64,000 nucleotides of DNA. Source: Candidatus Poribacteria bacterium. Its GTDB lineage: Bacteria; Poribacteria; WGA-4E; JAJDTR01. The notes beneath the pieces are model-generated. The model had not been told where the DNA came from and made no database searches. It saw nothing but the letters and a program-made list of their open reading frames with translations. The position numbers and the translations under genes are program-made. The stretch spans positions 3,104,001 to 3,168,000 of the forward strand of contig CBDCTK010000002.1 of the NCBI GenBank assembly GCA_965222225.1. Reading direction: 5' to 3'. This document shows, in pieces, positions 39,847 through 49,413 of this stretch; positions within the stretch are counted from its first letter, which is position 1, and each line of letters starts with the position of its first letter.

Positions 39847-40599
39847 TTACTCATCCCCGTTTTCCACAGTGCGTGCAAGCAACTCTTGCAATCTTGGCGG
39901 GAACGCCTCATAAACCTCGCGCTTGACGAGCGGCCAAATGCGTCGAGGCCGGTGGACGAATTTCGGCGTATAGAAGGCGTTCGCGAACACTCGATGTTGA
40001 TCGGTGGTGGTGTTAGCACTGATGGCGTGCCACAATCCGTTATGGTAAATAAAGAGTGAGCCGCGCTCCCCAACAACAGAGACCTCGGAGGCGTAGGAGG
40101 CGCGTGTTGGGCCACGCTGCGTGTGGTGACTAAACGGGACGATGCGGGTTGCGCCGTTTTCAACGGTGCCATCGCTAAGCATCCAGAACGCTTGTAACCC
40201 GCCCCATGGCGGCGTCGGAGAACTTACCGAGGTCCACGTCCAAGCAGCTGCAAGTAGCGGCCAATCGGGGTGTAATGCGCCGGCTTCGGTGCCGGGTTTT
40301 GCCCACCTCACCGCAACATTATTAGCTAGGGTAAAACCTTCCCCAAGGACGGTCTCGGCGATTTCCATGATAATTGGGTGAATACATAATGGGGCAAGCT
40401 CCGGCACGACGTTGAGCGCACACTCAAGACTGATGTACTGTTCACCCCCTCCGGTAGCGTGTCCGCGACGCACGTTTCGCGCCTCTATTCTCTCGCGGCA
40501 GATGTGTTCAAGGCGTTTTGCCTCCCCGGCCTCCAACACCCGCGGAAAGAGGCAATAACCCTCTTCGGATAAACGAACCTTCACAGCCTCAATATCCAT
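39847..40599 (-). CDS. PhyH-family dioxygenase
   Basis: 'EEGYCLF', LHPD, 'NGATRIVPFSH' and 'LWH'; start placed at MDIEAVK because a promoter overlaps the longer ORF start. Confidence 0.88.
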   Translation of the reverse strand: MDIEAVKVRLSEEGYCLFPRVLEAGEAKRLEHICRERIEARNVRRGHATGGGEQYISLECALNVVPELAPLCIHPIIMEIAETVLGEGFTLANNVAVRWAKPGTEAGALHPDWPLLAAAWTWTSVSSPTPPWGGLQAFWMLSDGTVENGATRIVPFSHHTQRGPTRASYASEVSVVGERGSLFIYHNGLWHAISANTTTDQHRVFANAFYTPKFVHRPRRIWPLVKREVYEAFPPRLQELLARTVENGDE

Positions 40600-40684
40600 G
40601 AATCTGTCCTTCCCGGCAACTGAGAAAATCAAATCTTGATGTTGGCTATTATCCTTGCTATAGTGGCATTCATTAATCAACGGC

Positions 40685-40715
40685 ATTATAGCACTCTGTT
40701 CTAATCGCTTGTCAA
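40685..40715 (-). promoter_or_regulatory. Sigma70-type promoter with extended -10
   Basis: Minus strand TTGACA-19 nt-TATAAT with TG directly upstream (TGCTATAAT). Confidence 0.55.
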
Positions 40716-41270
40716 GTCCAAAACACTGGATGGTCCATGGTGTAACGAAGAGTTGACAAATTTCCTTATTGTGCGTTTGGATGCTTTCATTTTGTCCCCA
40801 AGTCCATACTCAAGTCCATACGTAAGAAGGAAACCTGAGCCCGATAGGCGTCTATAACTTCCGCCTGAATACCGCACATCCGGAGATTCCTATTGACCTG
40901 AAGACGAAAAACAGGTAGAATGCGCGAACGCTGCCAATAGATTCTTCATTTCAAACGTTCTGGAATCAAACCATAGAGATTCTTCGCTCAAGCCTTGAGA
41001 ACAAACACAACGTGCGATCCATTTGGGTCATTCCTACAAACGATATGAGGTCTAGAAAGGCGACTTTCACAAGAAATCGGACATTACCTGTTCACGCTAC
41101 CTTTCTCTTTGGGAACTCCCTGAACCAAAGCCTCTCCACAAGAGGAATAATCTTGAAATGTGCCCATACCCTCTGAGGCCCACCCCAGAGCCCGGTGAGG
41201 TCGGACATGCTCGCGACCGCCGCGGATCGTGTCCACACCTTCAACGAAACAGTTACACGGAGACTAACCC

Positions 41271-43244
41271 ATGATTAGAAGGCTTCATCCCGATTTTCAC
41301 ATTCCTGAGTATGTAACGAGTGTGGCTTCGGAGTTTGATGGCGATGATTTTGCCGATTCGCTGGTTGATGCACACATAGATTCGGTCGTCATATTCGCCA
41401 AGTGTATGTACGGATTGGGATATTGGAACACGACGACTGGTAAGCGTCACCCCGGGTTAGGTGAGGCGGATTTCTTCGGCGAAGCCACGGAGGCGTGCCG
41501 TCGTCGCGGTATTGAGGTGCTGGCTTATTTTTACCCTCTTATCGAAGCTGCGCTTGATGACGACGATAAATGGCAACAACGAGATCAAGAGGGAAAACCG
41601 TGTCGATTTCAGTGTCCGAATTCGGAATATACGGAAGCATTTCTACTACCCCAGATGAGGGAAGTGACTCGGAATTATCCGATTTCGGGTTGGCATGTGG
41701 ACGGAATTGTCTTGACCTCTGGTGGCTGTTGGTGCGATCGATGTCGCACGCTCATGGAGGATGAAGGAACGGACGCGAATGTACCCGAAGCGGTGCAGGA
41801 ATTTTCTCGGCGTACGATTGCCAGACTCGCCCAACGAATGACTGAAGCGGTGCGCCCGGAACGTGACGGGCTTATCCTCAGCTACAACAATCTTGTAAAG
41901 ATAGGTTGCTATCCGCAAGTTCAGTGGTCCGATGTCGTAGACATAGAAGTTTATAACGTCTTACAAGGCTTGAACTTCAACTTCAGTAGGGACGTGCTGT
42001 ACCACGAGGACATCGGTGCGATGAGAGCTTCTGTGTTTAGTCGACACATTCGCACAATTGGGCGCGACTTCGCTGTCACAACGTGCTGTCGGACACGCGG
42101 CGTTGCGGTGTACGGATCGGTATCCACTGCCGAAGAGTTACGCTATAGCGCGGGACTAGGGCTGGCATTAGGAGGATACTGCCAATTCATAAATGAAATG
42201 CTTCCCGAAGGAAAGATGGAGCCTCCACTTCTCACCCGCGTAAAAGATGCGTACCAGTTCGTCAAAGAAAGAGAACGCTGGTGCATCGGGGCAAAGCCGG
42301 TATGTCATACCGCGGTTTTGGGCGCCACCGAACCGGGAACGGGCGAGGCAGCCTGCGTCCAAGGATCGCTTTCTGGGCTTATGGGGGCGGCACGTCTCAT
42401 GAAAGCGTCTCACCTGCCGTTTGATGTCGTAGATGAGAATGCGGATCTTTCCCCCTACAAGCTAGTGATACTACCGGAAACAGAGGTGACCGATCCCGAT
42501 GCGCTCGCTCGGTTACGCGAATACGTGCGAAACGGAGGCGTTTTACTGGCAACGGGAGACGCCACAATCGGAGAGGATGGGCAACTAGGGCTGTCGGATG
42601 TCTTCGGCGTGACATGTCAGGGAAAAGGTGATGACATCTCCTATTTTCAACTCGGCACACGCCTTTCTGCGAATCTGATAGATATGATTCGAGTGGTGCG
42701 GGGGGAATGGTTGCGCGTTAAGCCGGCCGCCGGTGTTGAACGGTTGGCGGAAATTGTGCGGCCTCGACTTGCGGACGCAGGTTTGCCGATTGGCCATGGG
42801 AAACCCCCTGAAAAGGAGGATTCGGGTTGGCCCGCACTTGTTCGAACTCAATTTGGGGATGGATGGGCAGCGTATTCTCCGGCGCCAATCTTCGCGGACT
42901 TCGACGAAGCACCCGATGAGGAACAACGGTGCTTCCTAAACAATATCGTGGAGTTGGTCGCCCCGAGCAGTGAGAGACCCATGCTCATTCCGGATTTGTC
43001 CCCCTCCGCCGAGATTTCATTGATGACGTTAGATGGAATGTGGGTTCTTCACATCCTAAGGGGAGGGGAGACAGCGCCACCCGAATTGAGAGATTTGGCA
43101 GTAACGCTGCGGCCCGATTTTGAGCCAAGCCGCGTCTATCTTGCTCCAGAGCAAGAGCCTATCCCCTTCCATTTCGAGGATTCAACACTACAGTTGACGC
43201 TGCCCCGCGCGGGAAGTCACACAATCGTGGTGTTAGAACCCTGA
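41271..43244 (+). CDS. Putative glycoside hydrolase (GHL6/alpha-fucosidase-like barrel plus beta-galactosidase trimerisation-like domain)
   Basis: 'HPDFH', 'VIFAKC..G..YWNT..G.RHPGL', 'CWCDRC' and 'YKLVILPE...YVRNGGVLLATG'. Confidence 0.75.
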   Translation: MIRRLHPDFHIPEYVTSVASEFDGDDFADSLVDAHIDSVVIFAKCMYGLGYWNTTTGKRHPGLGEADFFGEATEACRRRGIEVLAYFYPLIEAALDDDDKWQQRDQEGKPCRFQCPNSEYTEAFLLPQMREVTRNYPISGWHVDGIVLTSGGCWCDRCRTLMEDEGTDANVPEAVQEFSRRTIARLAQRMTEAVRPERDGLILSYNNLVKIGCYPQVQWSDVVDIEVYNVLQGLNFNFSRDVLYHEDIGAMRASVFSRHIRTIGRDFAVTTCCRTRGVAVYGSVSTAEELRYSAGLGLALGGYCQFINEMLPEGKMEPPLLTRVKDAYQFVKERERWCIGAKPVCHTAVLGATEPGTGEAACVQGSLSGLMGAARLMKASHLPFDVVDENADLSPYKLVILPETEVTDPDALARLREYVRNGGVLLATGDATIGEDGQLGLSDVFGVTCQGKGDDISYFQLGTRLSANLIDMIRVVRGEWLRVKPAAGVERLAEIVRPRLADAGLPIGHGKPPEKEDSGWPALVRTQFGDGWAAYSPAPIFADFDEAPDEEQRCFLNNIVELVAPSSERPMLIPDLSPSAEISLMTLDGMWVLHILRGGETAPPELRDLAVTLRPDFEPSRVYLAPEQEPIPFHFEDSTLQLTLPRAGSHTIVVLEP

Positions 43245-43409
43245 GATTTTCAGTCATTCACGGATTGAGTTAGAGAGCTAAGCGTGCGAGAACAACCAAC
43301 TTTGACCCTCCACGTCAAGCATGTAGTTGAACACGGAAAGCGCTTTGCGTTCTATAGGATTTCTTGGTAATTGCTTTAATCTGTTCGTTGCGAGGAGGTT
43401 TTCGATTCT

Positions 43410-44177
43410 ATGGCTGAAGTTGACATAGATCTTGAATTGTATCATCGCCAGGGCTTCTTGGCGGGGTTCCAAATCTTTGAGGAGGATGAATGCCCGCGGT
43501 TATTGGAGCTATATTGGCGGTTACGCAAGCTATTGCCGTCCGGTATGTCGACGCAAGAGATGGACTGGTGGCATGCCACGGATAGAGAATTGTGGGAACT
43601 TTGCAAGCATCCCAAAATCTTAGATTATGTTGAATCAATTTTGGGACCGGATTTCTTCCTATGGGGCACCCAATTCTTTAGCAAGGAACCCGGAGACGCC
43701 AACACAACCCCCTGGCACCAAGACGCCTTTTATTGGCCGCTGTCACCGCACAATGCCGTCACGGTGTGGCTCGCTTTTGCCGATAGCGATGAAGGAAACG
43801 GAGCAATGATGGTCGTACCGGGGTCGCATCGCGCCGGTAAATTGAAGTATCGTAAGACGACACGGGACTCGGATGTTCTCGACATGGTGTTAGAACATGG
43901 CGAGTTCCACGAAGCGGAAGCAGTTCCGCTTATTTTGAAGGCGGGCCAAATCAGCTTGCACGATGACAACATCATCCATGGCTCCGCACCGAATCATTCC
44001 GACCGGCTGCGCTGCGGTCTCACTATGCGATATTCTGCCGGCGAGGTGCGTGGCGACCTGTCGGTATGGCCATTCTTCAAGGCATTTTGGGTGCGCGGCG
44101 TGGACCGGTGGGGACACAATCCGGTTGGTGTGCCGCCGAAGGGAGAAATGACGCACTACATCCAAGTTGCCGGTTAA
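43410..44177 (+). CDS. PhyH-family dioxygenase
   Basis: 'FFSKEPG...PWHQD', 'NGAMMVVPGSH' and 'IHGSAPNHSDRLRCG'. Confidence 0.93.
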   Translation: MAEVDIDLELYHRQGFLAGFQIFEEDECPRLLELYWRLRKLLPSGMSTQEMDWWHATDRELWELCKHPKILDYVESILGPDFFLWGTQFFSKEPGDANTTPWHQDAFYWPLSPHNAVTVWLAFADSDEGNGAMMVVPGSHRAGKLKYRKTTRDSDVLDMVLEHGEFHEAEAVPLILKAGQISLHDDNIIHGSAPNHSDRLRCGLTMRYSAGEVRGDLSVWPFFKAFWVRGVDRWGHNPVGVPPKGEMTHYIQVAG

Positions 44178-44285
44178 CCGCATTGTACACGTAGGATTTA
44201 GCAACGGGAAACTACTATTTTCTTCGTCCGACCTTACATCTGGTAAGAAACTTTTCTCACCAATTTCAAGTCAGGAGGGTTAATC

Positions 44286-45287
44286 ATGATAAGACGCAGT
44301 TGTCCGAGTACACCATCTCATACTACAGAAAACCGCCTTGCCTTTGTTCTGATTCTAGCCTTGGCATTGATGAGTATCGAGCAGGGCGTCCAGGCACAGA
44401 TTGCCTTTTCGTCGGATCGCGGCGGAGATGTCGACATCTATGTGATGGATGAGGATGGAAAGAACGTGGTGCAACTCACCAATCACCCGCGAGTCGACTC
44501 TAGTCCAGCTTGGTCTCCAGATGGCAGACGAATCGCGTTTAGTTCGTTGCGGGATGAACCACCGAATACTCATGGAAACTCGGAAATCTATATCATGGAT
44601 GCGGATGGTGGCAATCCCATGCGGTTGACTCAGGAACCCCAAATCGATACACTGCCCGCCTGGTCACCGGACGGAAAACGGATTGCATTTGCCTCCAACC
44701 GACATGGAACTGGCGACATATATTTGATGAACGCTGCCGGCGGGAATGTGACGCGTCTTACCCATGATGATACGAATGGTGTTTCATACGATTGGGCTCC
44801 TGCATGGTCGCCAAACGGACGGTTCATTGCCTTTGAATCCACCCGCGGCGGTCGCGGATCCGATATTTGGTTGATGAAGCCCGATGGAACTAAACCTATC
44901 CAATTAAGCAAACACGCTGGCCATGATACTTCGCCCGCATGGTCACCGGACGGAATACAGATTGCGTTTGCCTCTCGAGATGGGAAGAACTTCACTTGGG
45001 AAATCCATCGCATAGATGTAGATGGTGGCGGCATAAAGAATCTGACGAACAATTTAGCAAATGACAAATACCCCGCATGGTCACCGGGTGGAGAGATGAT
45101 TGCTTTTAGCTCTGATCGGGATGGAGATTCTGACATTTACGTGATGAACCCCGATGGTGAGGATGTGTTTAGGCTTACAGATCATCCGGCATACGACTTT
45201 ACTCCATCTTGGTTCCCCGGTACGTTAGCGGTTTCGCCGCGAGGAAAGTTGCCAACTCAATGGGCGGCTATCAAGAGCAAACGGTAG
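44286..45287 (+). CDS. Secreted TolB-like beta-propeller (PD40 repeats) with C-terminal AVSPRGKLPTQWAAIK motif
   Basis: Five 'PAWSPxG..IAF' repeats and a hydrophobic signal peptide. Confidence 0.9.
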   Translation: MIRRSCPSTPSHTTENRLAFVLILALALMSIEQGVQAQIAFSSDRGGDVDIYVMDEDGKNVVQLTNHPRVDSSPAWSPDGRRIAFSSLRDEPPNTHGNSEIYIMDADGGNPMRLTQEPQIDTLPAWSPDGKRIAFASNRHGTGDIYLMNAAGGNVTRLTHDDTNGVSYDWAPAWSPNGRFIAFESTRGGRGSDIWLMKPDGTKPIQLSKHAGHDTSPAWSPDGIQIAFASRDGKNFTWEIHRIDVDGGGIKNLTNNLANDKYPAWSPGGEMIAFSSDRDGDSDIYVMNPDGEDVFRLTDHPAYDFTPSWFPGTLAVSPRGKLPTQWAAIKSKR

Positions 45288-45485
45288 AAGTACATCGCGT
45301 GGTATGCCTATCAACGTGGTTCAATCAAGCAGTGGGCGATGGACTTTACTGCTATCAAGGAATATGCCCCGGATTCTTGAGTAGGAATTGCCTAAAAACG
45401 GACGCTGCAATCTGCAATACCTCGGAGAGTTAGCCACAATTAGCGCCTTTATTGGTCGTGAAGGAAATTGTAGATTGCATCAAGT

Positions 45486-47441
45486 TTGAGGGTTTTCGCG
45501 CGTATGCCCGATAACAAGCCTAAGAGAGAAGTAGGTGTCACCGGAAGAGCTGTCTGTATTGCCTTAGTCCTAATTCCACTTAATTGTTATTGGTGTATAC
45601 GGCAGGGGGAAATATCGTCCAATACCCCTACAACGCTTTCCCTCATATTCACCGCCGTATTTTCGCTTTTCTTTCTGACGATAATCAACACGTTCGTTCT
45701 CCGGCGGTTCTTCACCCGATTCGCTCTATCGCAAGGCGAATTTTTGACAATCTACATCATGATATGTTTGGCTTCAATCATGAGTGGATTTGATACAACT
45801 CAGGTTTTTTCCGCCGTCATCGGCCATGCGTTTTGGTTCTCTACGCCAGAAAACGAGTGGAAGCAGCTACTGGGCCCATATCTTCCGAGTTGGCTCGCAG
45901 TGTCGGACATGAAGGCACTTGAGGGATATTACGTAGGGGGCTCAAGTTTTTATCAACCCTCGTTTATCAAGAAATGGTTCAAACCGGTCCTGTTTTGGTC
46001 GACATTCTTGGTCGCCATTGCGTGGGTGGCGCTATGTTTTAACACCCTTTTGAGGAAACAATGGGTAGAAAGAGAGAAACTCGCATATCCCATCATCCAA
46101 ATCCCGCTTGCTGTAACCACGGGCAGCGGTTTACTCACATTATTCAGAAGTAAGCTCTTTTGGATTGCTTTCATAGTCGCAGGAAGTCTTGATACGCTAA
46201 ACTCTTTGCATGCGCTCTTCCCCAGCATCCCCGGAATCCCAAATCGCGGATTAACAATCCACCAATTTTTCACCGAAAAACCTTGGAGCGCCGTAGGCAT
46301 TCTCAGAGTTGAACTGATGCCATTCAGCATCGGTATGGCTTTCTTTTTGCCTTTGGATCTATCCTTTTCCGTCTGGTTTTTATTCCTATTTCAGAAGATA
46401 TTGAAGGTGGCGTTCAGCGCGCTGGGAATCAGGCCAAGTCAATTTTATATCGGGTTCTATGAAGAATTATTGCCGTATCATAGCCAGCAAACATCGGGCG
46501 GGTATTTTGCGCTGGGGGTCTTGGCGTTACTGAAAAGCCGGCGGCACCTGTTACGGGTGTGCAAGTCAATCTTCGGAGTGAAAGGCGGCGACGAGGATGC
46601 TTCGGAGCCGATGGGTTATAGGACGGCATTCTTGGGAATGCTCCTTGGATTCGCTTTCTTGGCTGTTTTCTGTCTCAAAGCCGGAATTACTTTATGGGTC
46701 ATCGCCCTGTTTTTTCTCTTCTTTTTCGTGATGTCCATCGGGATTGCGAGAATGCGGGCAGAACTAGGACCACCTTCGCACGATGTGTGGTCAGCCTCCG
46801 CCGACCAGATGATAATGTCCGCCTTCGGGTCAAGGCGTGTCGGTTCGCCTAACATCGCAATGTTCACGTTATTTTACGGTATCACGCGCTCCCAAAGAAA
46901 TGAGCCCATGCCCCATCAGTTGGAAGGCTTCAAGATGGCGGAGAGGACGGGCATTAGCGGCAAGCGATTGGTATATGCGATGATGCTGTCCAGTGTTCTT
47001 GGCGCGATATTGGGGTTCTGGATTATTCTTGATAGATCGTATAAACACGGCAATGACTTCTGGTTTGCGGGCGAGATATTCGCCAAGACTCAGCGGTGGA
47101 TGCACCATCCGACTGACACCAAACTTGACGAAACGGTGGCGATGGTTTTCGGCTTCGGCTTCACCATGTTTCTAGCCGCGATGCGTCGCTTTCTCTGGTG
47201 GCCCATTCATCCGATTTCTTACCCCTTGATTCTGCTCGACTATACGGTGCGCATGATGTGGATTAATTTTATCATCGCCTGGTTCGTTAAGTGGATAGCG
47301 CTAAAATATGGCGGATTGAAAGTTTATCGAAACCTGATCCCGTTCTTTTCAGGTTTACTGCTGGGGGAATTTATCATTGGAGGCGGATGGAGTTTAATAG
47401 GTATGATTTTCAATGTACCCGTGTATGCCTTCTGGCATTGA
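45486..47441 (+). CDS. DUF6785/DUF6784-like polytopic membrane protein
   Basis: 'RKQWVEREKLAYPI', 'RMRAELG', 'WWPIHP' and 'PFFSGLLLGE'. Confidence 0.75.
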   Translation: MRVFARMPDNKPKREVGVTGRAVCIALVLIPLNCYWCIRQGEISSNTPTTLSLIFTAVFSLFFLTIINTFVLRRFFTRFALSQGEFLTIYIMICLASIMSGFDTTQVFSAVIGHAFWFSTPENEWKQLLGPYLPSWLAVSDMKALEGYYVGGSSFYQPSFIKKWFKPVLFWSTFLVAIAWVALCFNTLLRKQWVEREKLAYPIIQIPLAVTTGSGLLTLFRSKLFWIAFIVAGSLDTLNSLHALFPSIPGIPNRGLTIHQFFTEKPWSAVGILRVELMPFSIGMAFFLPLDLSFSVWFLFLFQKILKVAFSALGIRPSQFYIGFYEELLPYHSQQTSGGYFALGVLALLKSRRHLLRVCKSIFGVKGGDEDASEPMGYRTAFLGMLLGFAFLAVFCLKAGITLWVIALFFLFFFVMSIGIARMRAELGPPSHDVWSASADQMIMSAFGSRRVGSPNIAMFTLFYGITRSQRNEPMPHQLEGFKMAERTGISGKRLVYAMMLSSVLGAILGFWIILDRSYKHGNDFWFAGEIFAKTQRWMHHPTDTKLDETVAMVFGFGFTMFLAAMRRFLWWPIHPISYPLILLDYTVRMMWINFIIAWFVKWIALKYGGLKVYRNLIPFFSGLLLGEFIIGGGWSLIGMIFNVPVYAFWH

Positions 47442-47613
47442 TTGGTGACAAACTTGACCGAGATGCCGTCGCAAGTCAAATCCACGGCAAGAGAAAGGTT
47501 TTCCGAGTTTTTTCATTTCGCCTTGATTCCACATTGATACGACTATTCCACTGTCTCGACCCCAACACCCAAATTCGGCGCACTATAGCCCCATGTTTTA
47601 GCGGAGAATTAAA

Positions 47614-49398
47614 GTGGTAAAAATATACTCAAGATGGGTTGGGAGAAAGATTAACCGGTTGCATGTAGCAATACTCGCGCTGGTTTTGACTTCCCTCATC
47701 TTGAGAATACCCATTCTCCTTCTAAGGTGCTTCTGTCCAGATGAATTTCAGCATCTGCACGCCATCCGATCCGTTGTTCATGGAATGGTTCCGTACCGTG
47801 ACTTTTTTGAACATCACACCCCATTTCTCTATTACTTTCTTGCTCCCGTTTATGCTATCGTAGGTGATAACATTAGTATGTTATTCTATAGCCGAGCCAT
47901 TATGCTCCTATTTACAGGCGGCATCATCTACCTCGTTTATAAACTCGGCAAAATGGTCTACGGGGCAGATACAGGTTGGATAGGCGCGTTATTTGTTGCC
48001 TACAACATGATGTTTATGGACAAAACCATCGAGACGCGACCGGACTTGCCCGGCATGGTTTTTTGGCTTCTTACCCTAATCTTTTTCATTGAGGGAATAA
48101 AGTGCAAACAGCGCAAATACTATCTCCTCACCGGTGGGTGTATTGCGTTAGCCATTCTGTGCACGCCGAAGATGTTGTTTGGGGGCATTGGGCTATTTCT
48201 TGCCACAATGTGGCTTCTTATTGACAAGCGTGCGGGGAACACGCTAAAGGAATCGGGCAGTGCTATTGCTTGGATGGCTTTGGGTGTCGCCATTCCTACG
48301 GGGGTAACATGTATCTATTTTGGGATAAATCAGGGCTTGGATGATTTTGTCTACAGGAATTTCACCATGAACCTTGGCTGGCGGCATAGAAACTCTCTAA
48401 GCGCCACTTGGTCGTATTGGTTGTATAATGTTGCACGAAACCCCTTCTTCTCGGTATTTAGCCTCACCGGCTTGGCAATTGCTTCATACCGTTTGAAATC
48501 CAAAAATGACATCATAAAGGGGGCATTTGTCCCCGTGATCGCAACCTACGCACTCATCGGAGCCCTTTTCCTGATTCCCGAAGCCTATGGACAGTATTTT
48601 GTGTTCTTTCTCATCCTCCTTGCTATTTTTTCCGGGTTGACTGTCTCGACGATAATGAACCGTGTTTCCCTATCAGGGCTTAAGGAGATGCTGAGAACAA
48701 GAAAATTCGATTTCGTTGTCTACGGTTTGATAGGCATAGCGACGACTGTTGCACTGGGTTACGCGCTCGTCGACAGCAAGCCCAAACTTCCCTTTTTGTC
48801 CAGTCCCGGTGGCAATAATCTTTGTTCTCATGCTTGTTTCCCTGCAGCCGGCCAGCTGCCGTATTCAGGTCTTATCTATCTTGCTGTCTGGACGTGCCTT
48901 CTGGTTGGTGCATTATGGGTCTTCCTCCATAAACGGCAGTACGCCGCCGATTCGACCTCAAAACGGCGGGTGGCGACATTCCTACTTCTGCTTGGGATCT
49001 TTATGTATCCTCTGAGTGAAGTCGCATCACAGGTGAAGCGCACGAACGCATTAACGCTGAAGGAGATCCAGTTTGTCCTAGACAACACTTCGGAAGACGA
49101 TTATGTCATTGACGGCTTTCACGGATCTGGCGTCTTTAGACACCATACTTACTATTACCATTTCGTGCATGTCGGGGTTCGCATGATGATGACGGAAAAA
49201 GAACTCTCCACAGATATCGTGTCGGCGATGCGTGAGAAGCTGCCAAAAATTGTGGTATATGACGGCGACCTACAAAGCACGTCGGAAGCTGTCAAACAGT
49301 ATGTCAAGGAACACTATGAACCGACAGGCGTTGGCGACCTCCACATCCTGAAAGAGACCGAGTTAGAGCCAAGGAAGAGTTCACCAATAGAAGATTAG
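47614..49398 (+). CDS. GT-C fold membrane glycosyltransferase (PMT/ArnT-like)
   Basis: 'PDEFQH...G.VPYRDFFEHHTP' loop after the first TM segment, 'ETRPD' and many TM segments. Confidence 0.78.
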   Translation: MVKIYSRWVGRKINRLHVAILALVLTSLILRIPILLLRCFCPDEFQHLHAIRSVVHGMVPYRDFFEHHTPFLYYFLAPVYAIVGDNISMLFYSRAIMLLFTGGIIYLVYKLGKMVYGADTGWIGALFVAYNMMFMDKTIETRPDLPGMVFWLLTLIFFIEGIKCKQRKYYLLTGGCIALAILCTPKMLFGGIGLFLATMWLLIDKRAGNTLKESGSAIAWMALGVAIPTGVTCIYFGINQGLDDFVYRNFTMNLGWRHRNSLSATWSYWLYNVARNPFFSVFSLTGLAIASYRLKSKNDIIKGAFVPVIATYALIGALFLIPEAYGQYFVFFLILLAIFSGLTVSTIMNRVSLSGLKEMLRTRKFDFVVYGLIGIATTVALGYALVDSKPKLPFLSSPGGNNLCSHACFPAAGQLPYSGLIYLAVWTCLLVGALWVFLHKRQYAADSTSKRRVATFLLLLGIFMYPLSEVASQVKRTNALTLKEIQFVLDNTSEDDYVIDGFHGSGVFRHHTYYYHFVHVGVRMMMTEKELSTDIVSAMREKLPKIVVYDGDLQSTSEAVKQYVKEHYEPTGVGDLHILKETELEPRKSSPIED

Positions 49399-49413
49399 AG
49401 TAGATAAAGGACT

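Noticed and set aside
40799-40821. Direct repeat CAAGTCCATAC x2 in a divergent promoter region
   Set aside because: Only two copies, no regulator gene nearby and no recurrence noticed, so it cannot be told apart from a small duplication.
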